Shown piece after piece: positions 25,936-37,959 of a DNA stretch of 64,000 nucleotides. The stretch lies in assembly GCF_004010195.1 (NCBI RefSeq), contig NC_057718.1:50112450-50176449 (forward strand). Reading direction: 5' to 3'. Origin of the DNA: Chiloscyllium plagiosum. Its lineage: Eukaryota. The first letter of the stretch is position 1, and each line of letters opens with the position of its first letter. A program made the position numbers and the translations under genes. Under the pieces are notes generated by a model. That model worked only from the letters and a program-made list of their open reading frames with translations. It was not told the origin of the DNA and did not search any database.

Positions 25936-27556
25936 AAATCTATGAAGGACAAAAGGGTAACTAGGGAGAGAATAGGGCAGCTCAAAGATCAGCAAGGCCG
26001 CCTTTGTTTGGAGCCACAGAAAATGGGGGCGATACTAAATGAATATTTTGCATCAGTATTTACTGTGGAAAAGGATATGGAAGATATAGACAGTAGGGAA
26101 ATAGATGGTGACATCTTGCAAAATGTCAAGATTACAGAGGAGGAATTGCTGGATGTCTTGAAATGGTTAAAGGTGGATAAATCCCCAGGACCTGATCAGG
26201 TGTCCCTGACAACTCTGTGGGAAGCTAGAGAAGTGATTGCTGGGCCTCTTGCTGAGATGTTTGTATCACTGATAGTCACAGGTGAGGTGCCGGAAGACTG
26301 GAGGTTGGCAAATGTGGTGCCACTGTTTAAGAAGGGTGGTAAAGACAAGCCAGGGAACTACAGACTGGTGAGCCTGACCTCAGTGGTGGGCAAGTTGTTG
26401 GAGAAACTCCTGAGGGACAGGATGTACATGTATTTGGATAGGCAAGGACTGCTTAGGGACAGTCAACATGGCTTTGTGCGTGGGAAATCATGTCTCACAA
26501 ACTTGATTGAGTTTTTTGAAGAAGTAACAAAGAAGATTGATGAGGGCAGAGCGGTAGATGTGATCAATATGGACTTCAGTAAGGCATTCGACAAAGTTCC
26601 CCAATAAATGATTTGGATGCGAGCATAAGAGGTACAGTTAGTAAGTTTGCAGATGACACCAAAATTGAAGGTGTAGTGGACAGCGAAGAGGGTTACCTCA
26701 GACTACAACAAGATCTGGACCAGATGGGCCAATGGACTGAGAAGTGGCATTTGGAGTTTAATTCAGATAAATGCAATGTCCTGCATTTTGGGAAAGCAAA
26801 TCTTAGCAGGAATTACACACTGAATGCTAAGGTCCTTGGGAGTGTTGCTGAACAAAGAGACCTTGGAGTGCAGGTTCATAGCTCCTTGAAAGTGGAGTCG
26901 GAGGTAGATAGGATAGTGAAGAAGGCGTTTGGTATGCTTTCCTTTATTGGTCAGAGTATTGAGTACAGGAGTTAGGAGGTCATGTTGCGGCTGTACAGGA
27001 CATTGGTTAGGCCACTGTTGGAGTATTGCATGCAATTCTGGTCTCCTTCCTATCAGAAAGATTCGTGAAATTTGAAAGGGTTCAGAAAAGATTTACAAGG
27101 ATGTTGCCAGGATTGGAGAATTTGAGCTACAGGGAGAGGCTGGGTCTGTTTTCCCTGGAGCGTCGGAGGCTGAGGGATGACCTTATAGAGGTTTACAAAA
27201 TTATGAGGGGCATGGATAGGATAAATAGACAAAGTCTTTTCCCTGGGGTCGGGGAGTCCAGAACTAGAGGGCATAGGTTTAGGGTGAGAGGGGAAAGATA
27301 TAAAAGAGACCTAAGGGGCAACCTTTTCTTGCAGAGGGTGGTACGTGCATGGAACGAGCTGCCAGAGGATGTGGTGGGGGATGGTACAATTGCAACATTT
27401 AAGAAGCATTTGGATGGGTATATGAATAGGAAGGGTTTGGAGGCATATGGGCCAGGTGCTGTCAGCTGGGACTAGATGGGTTGGGATATCTGGTCGGCAT
27501 GGACAGGTTGGACCGAAGGGTCTGTTTCCATGCTGTACATTTCTATGACTCTATGA
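25936..27556 (+). mobile_element. Young 5'-truncated CR1 inserted in opposite orientation into ORF1 of the minus-strand CR1
   Basis: 221-aa open RT segment (KSPGPD, PGNYRLVSLTS, DFSKAFDKVP), KFADDTK and a 3' tail. The host sequence rejoins on either side. Confidence 0.95.
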
Positions 27557-27890
27557 CCCCTGCGTTTTCCAAAACAGCATACTTGTTTGTGATGGGGCCG
27601 TAGCTTTTCTCCTTTCCTTTAGCTGCCATCCATCACATCCTGTTTCTTCTGTAAATTCCTCATTGTCTCTAACTGACGCTCCAACTGATCCATGCAAGGT
27701 GTTAGGATTCGCAACCAAAGACACTTCCTGCTGACATAATTCTCAGTAACAGGTAAACTCTCCCTAAACTTCCACATTTGACAGGAACAGCATGTCACTC
27801 TACTAAAGGCCATCTTCGCACCTTCACAATCTACAGACCTAGAAAATAGCACCGTCTTATTGCTCTAAAAAAAACATTGCTCCAGACTAA

Positions 27891-28121
27891 ATTAGAGAAA
27901 GTGAGGACTACAGATGCTACAGATCAGAGTTGGGAGTGTGGTACTGGAAAACCACAGCAGGTCAGGCTGCATCCAAGGAGCAGGAGAATCAACCTTTCGG
28001 GCATAAGCCCTTCATCAGGAAACACATATTCCTGATGACGGGCTTATGCCCGAAAAGTCGATTCTCCTGCTCCTTGCCAGTCGCCTGACCTGCTGTGCTT
28101 TTCTAGAACCACACTCCCAAT
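27891..28121. mobile_element. Fold-back PLE-end mini-element, 10-bp TSD
   Basis: Inverted arms at about 27930-28021 / 28029-28120. TSD tccagactaa at 27881-27890 and 28122-28131. Confidence 0.8.
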
Positions 28122-28762
28122 TCCAGACTAACTCAGTACTTCTGATTTATATTGTTAAAATTTAATCAGGAGATAGATCTCAATAAAATATATAATCAAG
28201 AAAGAACCCACTCTACTCACTAGTGTCGACTTACAACAAGGTTACACTTAGAAAACTATGCATTTATCTGTTTCTGTGCTGTGAGCTCTCCCACACAGTT
28301 CCTCCAAGGTCAGCTGTGAATTTCAATGTTTGCTAATTTTTCCTAAACACACCCTGATGTCCAGAGATACATGAACTCTAACAGCAAAAGTAGTAGCTGT
28401 GCAGATTCACTGCTGTGTCAGTTAGCAGTGTATGTTTTTTTCTTTTTTCCCTCACTGACCACGTGGCCACTGATTTTTGCCTGTCTTCCTCCTTGAGGAA
28501 GAAAGTCCTTCATGATAACCTCAGCCAATGATGGAACTTGAACTCAAGCTGTTCGCATCACAATGCTTTGTAACACACCATGCAGGTATTTGAGCTAAAC
28601 TGATCCCCAATAACTGAGATGTAATTCCTGGCTATAAGCAATAATAGTCCAGTGAAGTGTCTCAGAACATTATTTTATTCTATAAGCAGCTTCAAGTTAT
28701 ACTTTCATTTCAATATACTGGACAGGATTTAATGCAGCTCATCATCGTGGAAGCAATGATAT

Positions 28763-29072
28763 TTAGATTAGAGTCCCTCCATTATGGAAACAGGCCCTTC
28801 AGCCCAACAAGTCCACATCAACCCTCTGAAGAGTAACCACCCAGATCCATTCCTCTACCTTATATTTACCCCTGACTAACACACCTAAACATGTGGGCAA
28901 TTTTACATGGCTAATTCACCTGACTAGCACATCTTTGGATTGTGGGAGGAAATGGGAGTACCAGGAGGAAACCCACGCAAACTCCACAGAGACAGTCACC
29001 CAATGCGGGAATTGAACCTGGGTCCCTGGTGCTGTGAGGCAGCAGTGCTAACCACTGAGCCACCGTGCTGCC
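28763..29072 (-). mobile_element. HE1-type SINE
   Basis: tRNA-like head ggcagcacggtggctcagtggttagcactgctgcctcacag, V-SINE-like core, CR1-like 3' tail. Confidence 0.88.
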
Positions 29073-29085
29073 TCAAGAAGAGTAT

Positions 29086-29158
29086 CGCCCAACGTGGGGC
29101 TTGATGCCACGACCCTGAGATTAAGGGTCTCATGCTCTACCAATTGAGCTAACCGGAC
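29086..29158 (-). pseudogene. tRNA-Lys(CTT) pseudogene
   Basis: 73 nt: GTCCGGTTAGCTCAATTGGTAGAGCATGAGACCCTTAATCTCAGGGTCGTGGCATCAAGCCCCACGTTGGGCG. About 8 differences from the canonical vertebrate tRNA-Lys-CTT; B box/T loop GGTTCGA is changed to GCATCAA. Confidence 0.88.
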
Positions 29159-29228
29159 TTCGGCTAGCTTAGATCCACTTTGTTTCGGTAGTGGCTACAC
29201 ATCAATCTTTTGTGCGCATGTGTGTAAA

Positions 29229-29541
29229 TTACATTACATTACATTACAGTGTGGAAACAGGCCCTTCGGCCCAACAAGTCCACACCGACCCGCTGAAGCG
29301 AAACCCACCCATACCCCTACATTTGCCCCTTACCTAACACTACGGGCAATTTAGTATGGCCAATTCACCTGACCTGCACATCTTTGGACTGAGGGAGGAA
29401 ACCGGAGCACCCGGAGGAAACCCACGCAGACACAGGGAGAACGTGCAAACTCCACACAGTCAGTCGCCTGAGGCGGGAATTGAACCCGGGTCTCTGGCGC
29501 TGTGAGGCAGCAGTGCTAACCACTGTGCCACCGTGCCGCCC
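29229..29541 (-). mobile_element. Young HE1-type SINE
   Basis: Intact A/B boxes (tggcacagtgg, gggttcaattccc) and a (tgtaa)n tail. Confidence 0.92.
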
Positions 29542-30077
29542 ACAAATGGACACATGTCAGTTAAATCTGCATCTTATATGTGGATCAAGCTGCACTAAGT
29601 GACTGAGCAGGACAGCAAAACATAACAGGAACTCGATAGTACTAGCTTAGGGCTTGGGGAAGTCTCTTGCTTCATTCTTCTCTCCTTTTGTATGACAGTG
29701 CTTGGGCTTTTAAAATGTATTTGTTCATTGATGTTGACAATACTGGCTAAATGTCACTGGTTGAAATCTTTTCTTGCCCATCCTAATTGTCCTTGAAATA
29801 ACTAAAACTTAAAATGGGAATAGGAATTTATAGTTCCTGGGACATTCTTCAGTTTATATCTGGGCCCTTCTATTATTAGCAATCTTGTCCTGGCAAGTAA
29901 TTTTTCGCTGTTGCATGTTGATGTAGAAGAGACAGTCTGGTGCAGCTGCCCTCAAGGCCATCCTGTCTGAACTGAATGAATGTACGACATGTAATTGGTT
30001 TGAACGACAAATCTTTCTTGTATGAATTTCCTTTAAGAATTTATTTTCAGTCTTTGCCGTTCAGTTTAAGCAGTAGC

Positions 30078-30410
30078 TAGGTTGGTTTAACTCAGTTGGC
30101 TAGTTTGTGATGCCAACCGTATCGAATCAATTCCTCCACTGGCAGAGATTACCGTGAAAGATTCTCTTTTTCAACCTCTGCCTTTGTCTGAGGTGTATTG
30201 GCCCTCAGGTTAAAGTGCCACCAAACGACGAGAAAAAAATGAAGAATTGTGGATGCTGGAAATCAGGACCAAAAACTGAAATGGCTGGAAAGACTCAGCA
30301 GGTCTGGTGGCATCTGTGGAGAGGAAGCAGAGTTAACATTTTGGGTTCACTAACCATTCTTCAGAACTGAAGCTGGTTGTCTCTCTCAAATGAGAGAGCA
30401 GTACTACGGT
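30078..30410 (+). mobile_element. tRNA-derived SINE interrupted by a PLE-end fragment (about 30235-30370)
   Basis: Same family as the split SINE at 22885/28492. The insert carries gatgctggaaatc...cagcaggtctgg...ttcttcagaactg. Confidence 0.6.
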
Positions 30411-30712
30411 GATTTTAATTTTAGATAATTATATTTTTCAAGGCTGAGAGATGGCCATGCTGAGCAAGCACTTATAGCCCCGCCTTTCTCTCTCTCTCTC
30501 TCTCAAGCATTACTGAACACGCAAACTCTAATTCTGGTTATCGTGGTTCAACATGATGGGTTATAAGTTCTGAGGATAGAATCTGTCATGGGCATAAGAT
30601 TGTTCAAGCCATACTTCAAGCTCATCTGACACACTTTCTAGAGATCAACCACCACAACAGACCAAGACACATAAATTGAAACTGGAACAGAACACCAGTG
30701 CTTCAACAGAAG

Positions 30713-30754
30713 CTCACTGATGATGTTACCTAGCATGGTGATGAAACGTCTGAG
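30713..30754 (+). ncRNA. Minimal type I hammerhead ribozyme motif (PLE-associated)
   Basis: ctca-CTGATGA-t-gttacc-tagcat-ggtgat-GAAA-cg-TC-tgag. Stem I ctca/tgag, 6-bp stem II, palindromic ACGT stem III. Confidence 0.7.
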
Positions 30755-33406
30755 AACAAACCTTCCAGCTCAGTAAGCAATCTTACAACCTGAACCAACC
30801 ATTTTCTTTCTCACATCTCTACAGCTTCATGGGGTTATTGACAAAGTTTCCACACAGTGTTCAGTCCATTCCCAAATCTGTCCCAAAAGCTACCTTCGGG
30901 GGTCCTTTATCTTGTACCATAAAGGTTTTTCCTCCAGTTTGGGATATTTTGGATAAGTGCATTTACACTCCCGAAACCTGGGAGTCACTGAGATCCAGTT
31001 CTCCTCCCCACACATTAATGAGGTGAGGGGCATGGTGGTAATTGGGATGCTGAGAATGGATAATAATATCAAATACATGTGGAGCTGGGTTCACATAGTG
31101 TCAGTCTAAACTGCACAGCTACACACTCCAAGGTACTCCACGCAGAGATCGGTGTCAGTACGGTTAATATAGCATCGACATCCAAAAGTCACTGCTGGCC
31201 ATGGACCAAGGGGGTCTGCAGATCTTGAAAGAAAATTCGAGGGTATGCTTGTGTCAGCATGTAGAAAATCAAGCAAACCAGCCAAAACTACAGCAAACAT
31301 ATAGAGAAAAAACTTATTAATTAAATATAAATGACAGCATGATGTTGTGATGATATTACTTATAATTATGTCAGATTTTTGTCCCCTTTATCTCCCCTGT
31401 TTGTCTTGGGAACAAATTTCCAAATATAACTCTTCCCCTCATGCCCATTTTTGGGCAGAGACAGGGCAGTTGTGCCTTTAAAATCAGAGTACATAACCTC
31501 CTGGAGCTGATTTTTGCCATTGAGGCAGGTAGTTTGAGTTGGGAAATTTGCTGATTTTGCAGAACAACCTCAGTATGAAGTACATCTTACAGGCTGTTTT
31601 CGCTCCAGGGAAGTAGGGCACAATAGGCAGGCCTGTCATCCCTGGCAGCAGATAGGTAGCAGCCACAGGCACAGCCGAATGTCAGAAAGGGCTGATTAAA
31701 AAAACAACTCAACCAGTCTTTCTTTTCTTAGACTTCAGCCCAACTGTTTGTTTACATATCTAACCTTCTAGTCCTCAGTCCCCACATAACAACACCTCAA
31801 GGAAGGAAATCTGTCATCCTTGCCTGGTCTGGCCTACACGTGACTAAAGATCAACAGCAAAGTGGTTGACTTTCAACTGCCCTCTGGGAAATTAGGGTTA
31901 GGCAATAAATGCTAGCTTAACCAGAGATGCTTGCATCCTGTGAGTGAACTTTTAAAAAAAGCACAAGTGTGGAGAAGTGTTCACTTAGCTTGATTGACAC
32001 TTTTATGAACTTATAAGAAGTTTTTTCTTTAACTCTTATCAACGTCTCAATTGTTACTTGCACGAGACCAAGAGAAATCAACTGCTTAAATCCCCTGTTA
32101 TTGACATTTTAACAGTCTGTTTAATGAATACTTTTATAGGGTTGTAGGAACACCATTTGTTTTCCCAAAATTTATGAATATTTTTTCAGTTTAATAGCAG
32201 TTTCATATAATCCATGGTCACTGTATGGTTCATTGGTTCTGTACACTGCATATTGAGTGAATAGGAATAGCAGGATGATACGTTAGTATAGACGTTATGA
32301 GGAACCATTGGAGGTGGATGGACAACATTAGTTGGCATTGAGTTGGCATGGAAACTCTAAAGGGCTACAAGGGTGGGTGATAAGCCTGAAGCTTTGAGTT
32401 GGAAATCTCAAATGGTGGGTAGCGAATAGCAGGGCTTGGGACACCTGTCTTCATTTGATTTAAGAAGTCAAATCAAAATCAACACGCATGTGCTAACAAT
32501 GTTAATATAGTTTTGCTCATCAATATATCCAAAGTGTCACAAAGCACAGCACATAACTACCAATACTGAAACAAGGCACTAAATTACAATTAGTTAACAC
32601 ATTAGAACAGACTATACAGTCAGAATTGATGAAAAGTCATACTGGTAATTTAAAAAGGAAACAATCATTAATTAACTGGTGCACAACTGAGCAATGTCAC
32701 AAATACAGGGTGTGTGGATTAACCATCAGACAATTCTGTTTCAGCTGAGTAGACTTGAGGAAATTTCCATAAAGAGGGAGAAAATAGTGAGAGGTAAATG
32801 GGTCAGGAAAGGCGCAAGCGGGTAGCTTTTAGTGATTGTGGGGAATGGAAAGGGCAGATGATCCATTCAGTTCTGGTGATGTTATTGCCATTCAGGCAGT
32901 CATTGCAGTCAGTGAGGGTCCTCTGTCTCATGGAACACCCAAAAAGGAGTGCTCTTCCTCCTCCACCATTGCCACCCCACACCCTCCACTAACAGTCTCC
33001 ATCCTTAGGTGCAGGAATAGACTTGTACTTGACTGCGTAAGTCACCCAGCTACGTTCTTGATGGGCATTCAATTCGCCATCTTTCTGGATGTGCTAAGAC
33101 ATCATAGAAGGAGGAAAGTTTTGGGAGTTTCGCAGCCCATCGATGACTTCCTCTGCCATAGTATCAACCTTTCTGACATTCAGCTCTGCCCAAAAGGATA
33201 AGTTATTTTTTCAGAGAAAATGTTCTAATTTCTGGCTGGTTGAACATTAATAGGTAATGGCACTTTCAAGAATATTTTTTGCTCTTTATTTCTGGAAATA
33301 ATTTGCTACACCCAAGGATCCATTCAGAAAGAAGGAATTAGAGAAGCTACTTAAACAAAAAAAGCATTATCTTCCAAAAATAAAGCTTTAGGTATAAAGA
33401 CATGTT

Positions 33407-33628
33407 GGTCAAAAAGTGTAGTGCTGGAAAAGCACAGCCAGTCAGGCAGTTTCCGAGGAGCAGGAGAGTCGACATTTCAAGCATAAGCTCTTTATACTAG
33501 CCGGATGAAGAGCTTATGCTTGAAACATCAATTCCCCTGCTCCTCAGATGCTGCCTAACCAGCTGTGCTTTTCCAGCACCACACTTTTTGACTCTGATCC
33601 CAGCATCTGCAGTCCTCACTTTCTCCTA
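33407..33628. mobile_element. Fold-back PLE-end mini-element
   Basis: Inverted arms at about 33408-33492 / 33505-33593 plus a tail; short direct repeat gtataaa on both sides. Confidence 0.8.
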
Positions 33629-33781
33629 GTATAAACAGAAGATATTAGGCAGGTCCTAGAGATTTAAATCCGTGATTATAAAATTGACAGCCAAGAGGTA
33701 TTATCACTAGTTTAACAATTCAGAGACCTAGATGACATTCTGGGGACCTAAGTTCAATGCTCACTGTGGTTGATTGATAAT

Positions 33782-35765
33782 GGACAATAGACAAAAGGTG
33801 CAGGAGTAGGCCATTCTGCCCTTCAAGCCTGCACCACCATTCAATATGATCATGGCTGATCATCCTTAATCAGTATCCTGTTCCTGCCTTATCTCCATAA
33901 CCCTTGATTCCACTATCCTTGAGAGCTCTATCCAACTCTTTCTTAAATGAATCCAGAGACTGTGCCTCCACTGCCCTCTGGGGCAGAGCATTCCACACAG
34001 CCACCACTCTCTGGGTGAAGAAGTTTCTCCTCATCTCTGTCCTAAATAATCTACCCTGTATTTTTAAGCTGTCCTCTGGTTCGGCACTCACCCATCAGCG
34101 GAAACATGTTTCCTGCCTCCAGAGTGTCCAATCCTTTAATAATCTTATATGTCTCAATCAGATCCCCTCTCAATCTTCTAAACTGAAGGGTATACAAGCC
34201 CAGTCACTCCAGTCAATAGCCAGAATGTCTTTCCTCAAATTTGGAGACCAGAACTGCACACAGTACTCCAGGGTGTGGNNNNNNNNNNNNNNNNNNNNNN
34301 NNNNNNNNNNNNNNNNNNNNNNNNNNNNNNNNNNNNNNNNNNNNNNNNNNNNNNNNNNNNNNNNNNNNNNNNNNNNNNNNNNNNNNNNNNNNNNNNNNNN
34401 NNNNNNNNNNNNNNNNNNNNNNNNNNNNNNNNNNNNNNNNNNNNNNNNNNNNNNNNNNNNNNNNNNNNNNNNNNNNNNNNNNNNNNNNNNNNNNNNNNNN
34501 NNNNNNNNNNNNNNNNNNNNNNNNNNNNNNNNNNNNNNNNNNNNNNNNNNNNNNNNNNNNNNNNNNNNNNNNNNNNNNNNNNNNNNNNNNNNNNNNNNNN
34601 NNNNNNNNNNNNNNNNNNNNNNNNNNNNNNNNNNNNNNNNNNNNNNNNNNNNNNNNNNNNNNNNNNNNNNNNNNNNNNNNNNNNNNNNNNNNNNNNNNNN
34701 NNNNNNNNNNNNNNNNNNNNNNNNNNNNNNNNNNNNNNNNNNNNNNNNNNNNNNNNNNNNNNNNNNNNNNNNNNNNNNNNNNNNNNNNNNNNNNNNNNNN
34801 NNNNNNNNNNNNNNNNNNNNNNNNNNNNNNNNNNNNNNNNNNNNNNNNNNNNNNNNNNNNNNNNNNNNNNNNNNNNNNNNNNNNNNNNNNNNNNNNNNNN
34901 NNNNNNNNNNNNNNNNNNNNNNNNNNNNNNNNNNNNNNNNNNNNNNNNNNNNNNNNNNNNNNNNNNNNNNNNNNNNNNNNNNNNNNNNNNNNNNNNNNNN
35001 NNNNNNNNNNNNNNNNNNNNNNNNNNNNNNNNNNNNNNNNNNNNNNNNNNNNNNNNNNNNNNNNNNNNNNNNNNNNNNNNNNNNNNNNNNNNNNNNNNNN
35101 NNNNNNNNNNNNNNNNNNNNNNNNNNNNNNNNNNNNNNNNNNNNNNNNNNNNNNNNNNNNNNNNNNNNNNNNNNNNNNNNNNNNTTGGCCAGTTTACCTT
35201 CGTACTTCATTTTTTCTCTGCGTATTTCCTTCTTAGTAATCCTCTTTTGTTCTTTAAAAGCTTCCCAGTCCTCTGTTTTCCCACTTATCTTTGCTATGTT
35301 ATATTTTTTCTCTTTTAACTTTATATGTTTCTTAACTTCCCTCGTCAGCCACGGCCACTCATGCCTCCTCCTAGGATCTTTCTTCTTTCTTCCTTTTTGG
35401 AATGAACTGATCCTGCACCTTCTGCATTATACACAGAAATATCCGCCATTGTTCCTCCACTGTCATCCCTGCTAAGGTATTGCACCATTGAACTTTGGCC
35501 AGCTCCTCCCTCATAGCTCCATAGTTCCCTTTATTCAACAGAAATATTGTCACTTCCGATTGTACCCTCTCCCTCTCAAATTGCAGATTGAAGCTTATTG
35601 TATTATGGTCACTACATCCCAATGGCTCTTTCACTTCGAGGTCCCTGATCAATTCTGGTTCGTTGCACAATACCAGATCCGGAATTGCCTTCTCCCTGGT
35701 AGGCTCCAGCATCCGCTGCTCTAAGAATCCATCTTGGAGGCACTCCACAAAGTCTCTTTCTTGTC
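33782..35765 (-). mobile_element. CR1 LINE of a different subfamily, spanning an assembly gap
   Basis: EPLGCSDHNTISF (endonuclease), LEYCVQFWSP, RRNFFTQRVVAVWNALP. Confidence 0.9.
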
Positions 35766-36268
35766 CCATGAATTCCATGAAACATCTCAAAGAATGTTAG
35801 GGCCTTTGTGGATTGGTGGAGCATCCCTAAATCTGGACCAGAAGGTGAAATTAAAGTCCTCGCTGCTTAGGAGATGTGAAATAACATCTCCAAATAAGTT
35901 GATGAGAAAATATCTGTAAAGTTGCTCAGAACACATATTTAGAAGCTTGCTCCAGGATTGAATCAATTCACGTTGCATGGAACTGAGCTTGGCTTCGAAA
36001 TATAAGAAAGAGAACACCATTCCTTTTCTGAGAGGGAGGAGCCAGTTAAATCATGGAATTATTGAGCAAATATTCAAAGATCATCAGGCTAATTTTCAAT
36101 CCAATCAATCTGTCAAGGAAGAGCTTCCTCTACTGAATCAAAAGTAGTCACACTCCCCTTTAGATTTTTCTCCTCGAAAATATTGTTGGACGAGGCCAGT
36201 TAGTTGCGCCAATGTTCCCTCAATGGTCGGCTGTATGCTTACATATACTGCAATGGCATCTCACTTAC

Positions 36269-36343
36269 AGAACTGTTGGACCAGTTGCTCCCATGAAAAC
36301 ATCTTCGTGCAATTTTTGTAGGTTCTGGTTACCTGTAAGGTTG
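36269..36343 (-). CDS. FSHR: FSHR exon 8 equivalent (75 bp LRR)
   Basis: tctttctcccag acceptor, gtaagt donor. Encodes (L)NLTGNQNLQKLHEDVFMGATGPTV(L). Confidence 0.93.
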
Positions 36344-36479
36344 CTGGGAGAAAGACAAAAATCATTCATGTTTCCTGAACAGCTTTATTTTGGACACATG
36401 ATTACGAAGTAGTTCTTCAAAAATGCAAATTCTAAAGCTGCAATAAGTTCTTTTGGATAAAATCAAAAGAGCAACTTAC

Positions 36480-36548
36480 AGATGATCTAAATCTGTTCCG
36501 TTAAATGCATGGCTTTGTACTTCTATGAGGCCATTGTTAATCAAATTT
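36480..36548 (-). CDS. FSHR: FSHR exon 7 equivalent (69 bp LRR)
   Basis: ttttaatcacag acceptor, gtaagt donor. Encodes (I)NLINNGLIEVQSHAFNGTDLDH(L), with the hallmark AFNGT motif. Confidence 0.95.
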
Positions 36549-37804
36549 CTGTGATTAAAACAAAAGGAAAATCAGATAGAAGGTTTGATAGGGTTTTTCA
36601 CCTGCTTCTAAATGCTCTGGTATTTAATGTACACATGTAAAATGTAAGCCTAAAACAGCACACTTTTTTAATTGTACCTTTATTAATATGTTTTTGTGGA
36701 AGGACTGTTATTCTGAACATTTTTTTTTCCAAAGTTATTACTGAAATTTGTATTTTTGAAGGTCTGAAATGATGGACTTTTTTTATTTTTTTGTTTTTCT
36801 GCTTGTTTTTCCTAAGAATTTGTACTCAAGATTCTGCACCTTGGTACCTAAAATGGCGCGATAAGTGGTGACTTGTAAACTTTTCAATATACTCATTAAA
36901 GCTAATTCAATTCAGAAGAACACTATATTAAATAACATTTCATTGCAAACAGAAAATCAGTTTTTCAAAAAAGTAACAACCAATTCCTATTTTCTGAAAG
37001 AAATGATGGTCCATTGCTTGGCCATGCTGGTCACTATCAGGGTTCATGACAATATATTCAAAAGTGAATAAGGAAAAAGAAACATGCAAATGTTTCATAT
37101 TTGAAATCAAGCCCTCCAATTTCTGAATCACACTGATGGAGCAGTGACATTAATATTATTATACTGATTCCACTGAAACTCAGCACAGTTGATGTGGAAC
37201 TAATTTGCTTCTGAGGTCAGAACATAAAAACTGGTGGCAAACAAGAGGAAAACCATTTGCCCATTTTGCTTGATGAGACACTATTTTTAAAACTGTATTT
37301 CCTCCTTGGAAAATACAGGCTTACTTTGATGTGTAGGGTGTGAAACAGAATGCTCTGATGCTTCAAAGAAGTCATCCTGAATTATTTAGTGGTCTAGTAA
37401 ACATCACCAAAATTTGCATAATGAGGGGAAGAAAGCATGAATCTCAGTTAAACCCTGGTCTCCCAGTCACGATCACTGACATTTTCTAACCAGGCTTATT
37501 GCAGAGAAATGTATTTCTAATTTAATTTTCATTTCCGAATGCACCTCAAATAGCATTGACTCTATTGCTAAATCCAGTAACAAAGATTAATTTGCAAACC
37601 TTCATTATATCACTTTGGATATCTTCCAAAAAATAATGGTAAAAGACATTGTTAATCTTGTTGAAGTCTGAGTTATTCAGCATTACCTTCTGATAGTAAT
37701 ACCTTGCCAAATGTAGTTTAACTTTTAAATGCTTTTGGAAGTCCTCATCAATATGTCGAATTGCATATAGGTGCTTGTATATTTGTGAGTAGATAGGTAC
37801 TTAC

Positions 37805-37882
37805 ATATTTAATGTTCCAGTGCTTAATCCCTGGAAAGCATACGATGGTATAACTTGCATGTTTATGTTGTCACGAAATTCA
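37805..37882 (-). CDS. FSHR: FSHR exon 6 equivalent (78 bp LRR)
   Basis: tgtttcatttag acceptor, gtaagt donor. Encodes (L)EFRDNINMQVIPSYAFQGLSTGTLN(I). Confidence 0.93.
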
Positions 37883-37959
37883 CTAAATGAAACAGACAGT
37901 CTTTGAGTCAGGAAATGAGAGAGCTACAGGCTAATTAGTCTGACATCAGTTGTCAGGTA

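Larger units (their letters stand above)
23012..28490 (-). mobile_element. Near full-length CR1 LINE (5'UTR, ORF1, ORF2 with deletions), interrupted by a second CR1 and a PLE hairpin
   Basis: ORF1 N-terminus MAFSRVTCCSCQMW (27619-27852), esterase (25413-25838), endonuclease GDFN/SDHN (24143-24973), RT end and tail at 23012. Splits a SINE whose halves lie at about 22885-23011 and 28492-28605. Confidence 0.92.

Noticed and set aside
32836..33201. 121-aa plus-strand ORF, and faint minus-strand Myb/SANT-like words (LLVEGV, RALLFG)
   Set aside because: No convincing family match by eye; possibly a decayed Harbinger accessory gene, but not supportable.
12766..35475. Long ORFs of 138-523 aa in the track at about 12.8, 18.0 and 33.9 kb
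   Set aside because: Artefacts of N runs translated as X.
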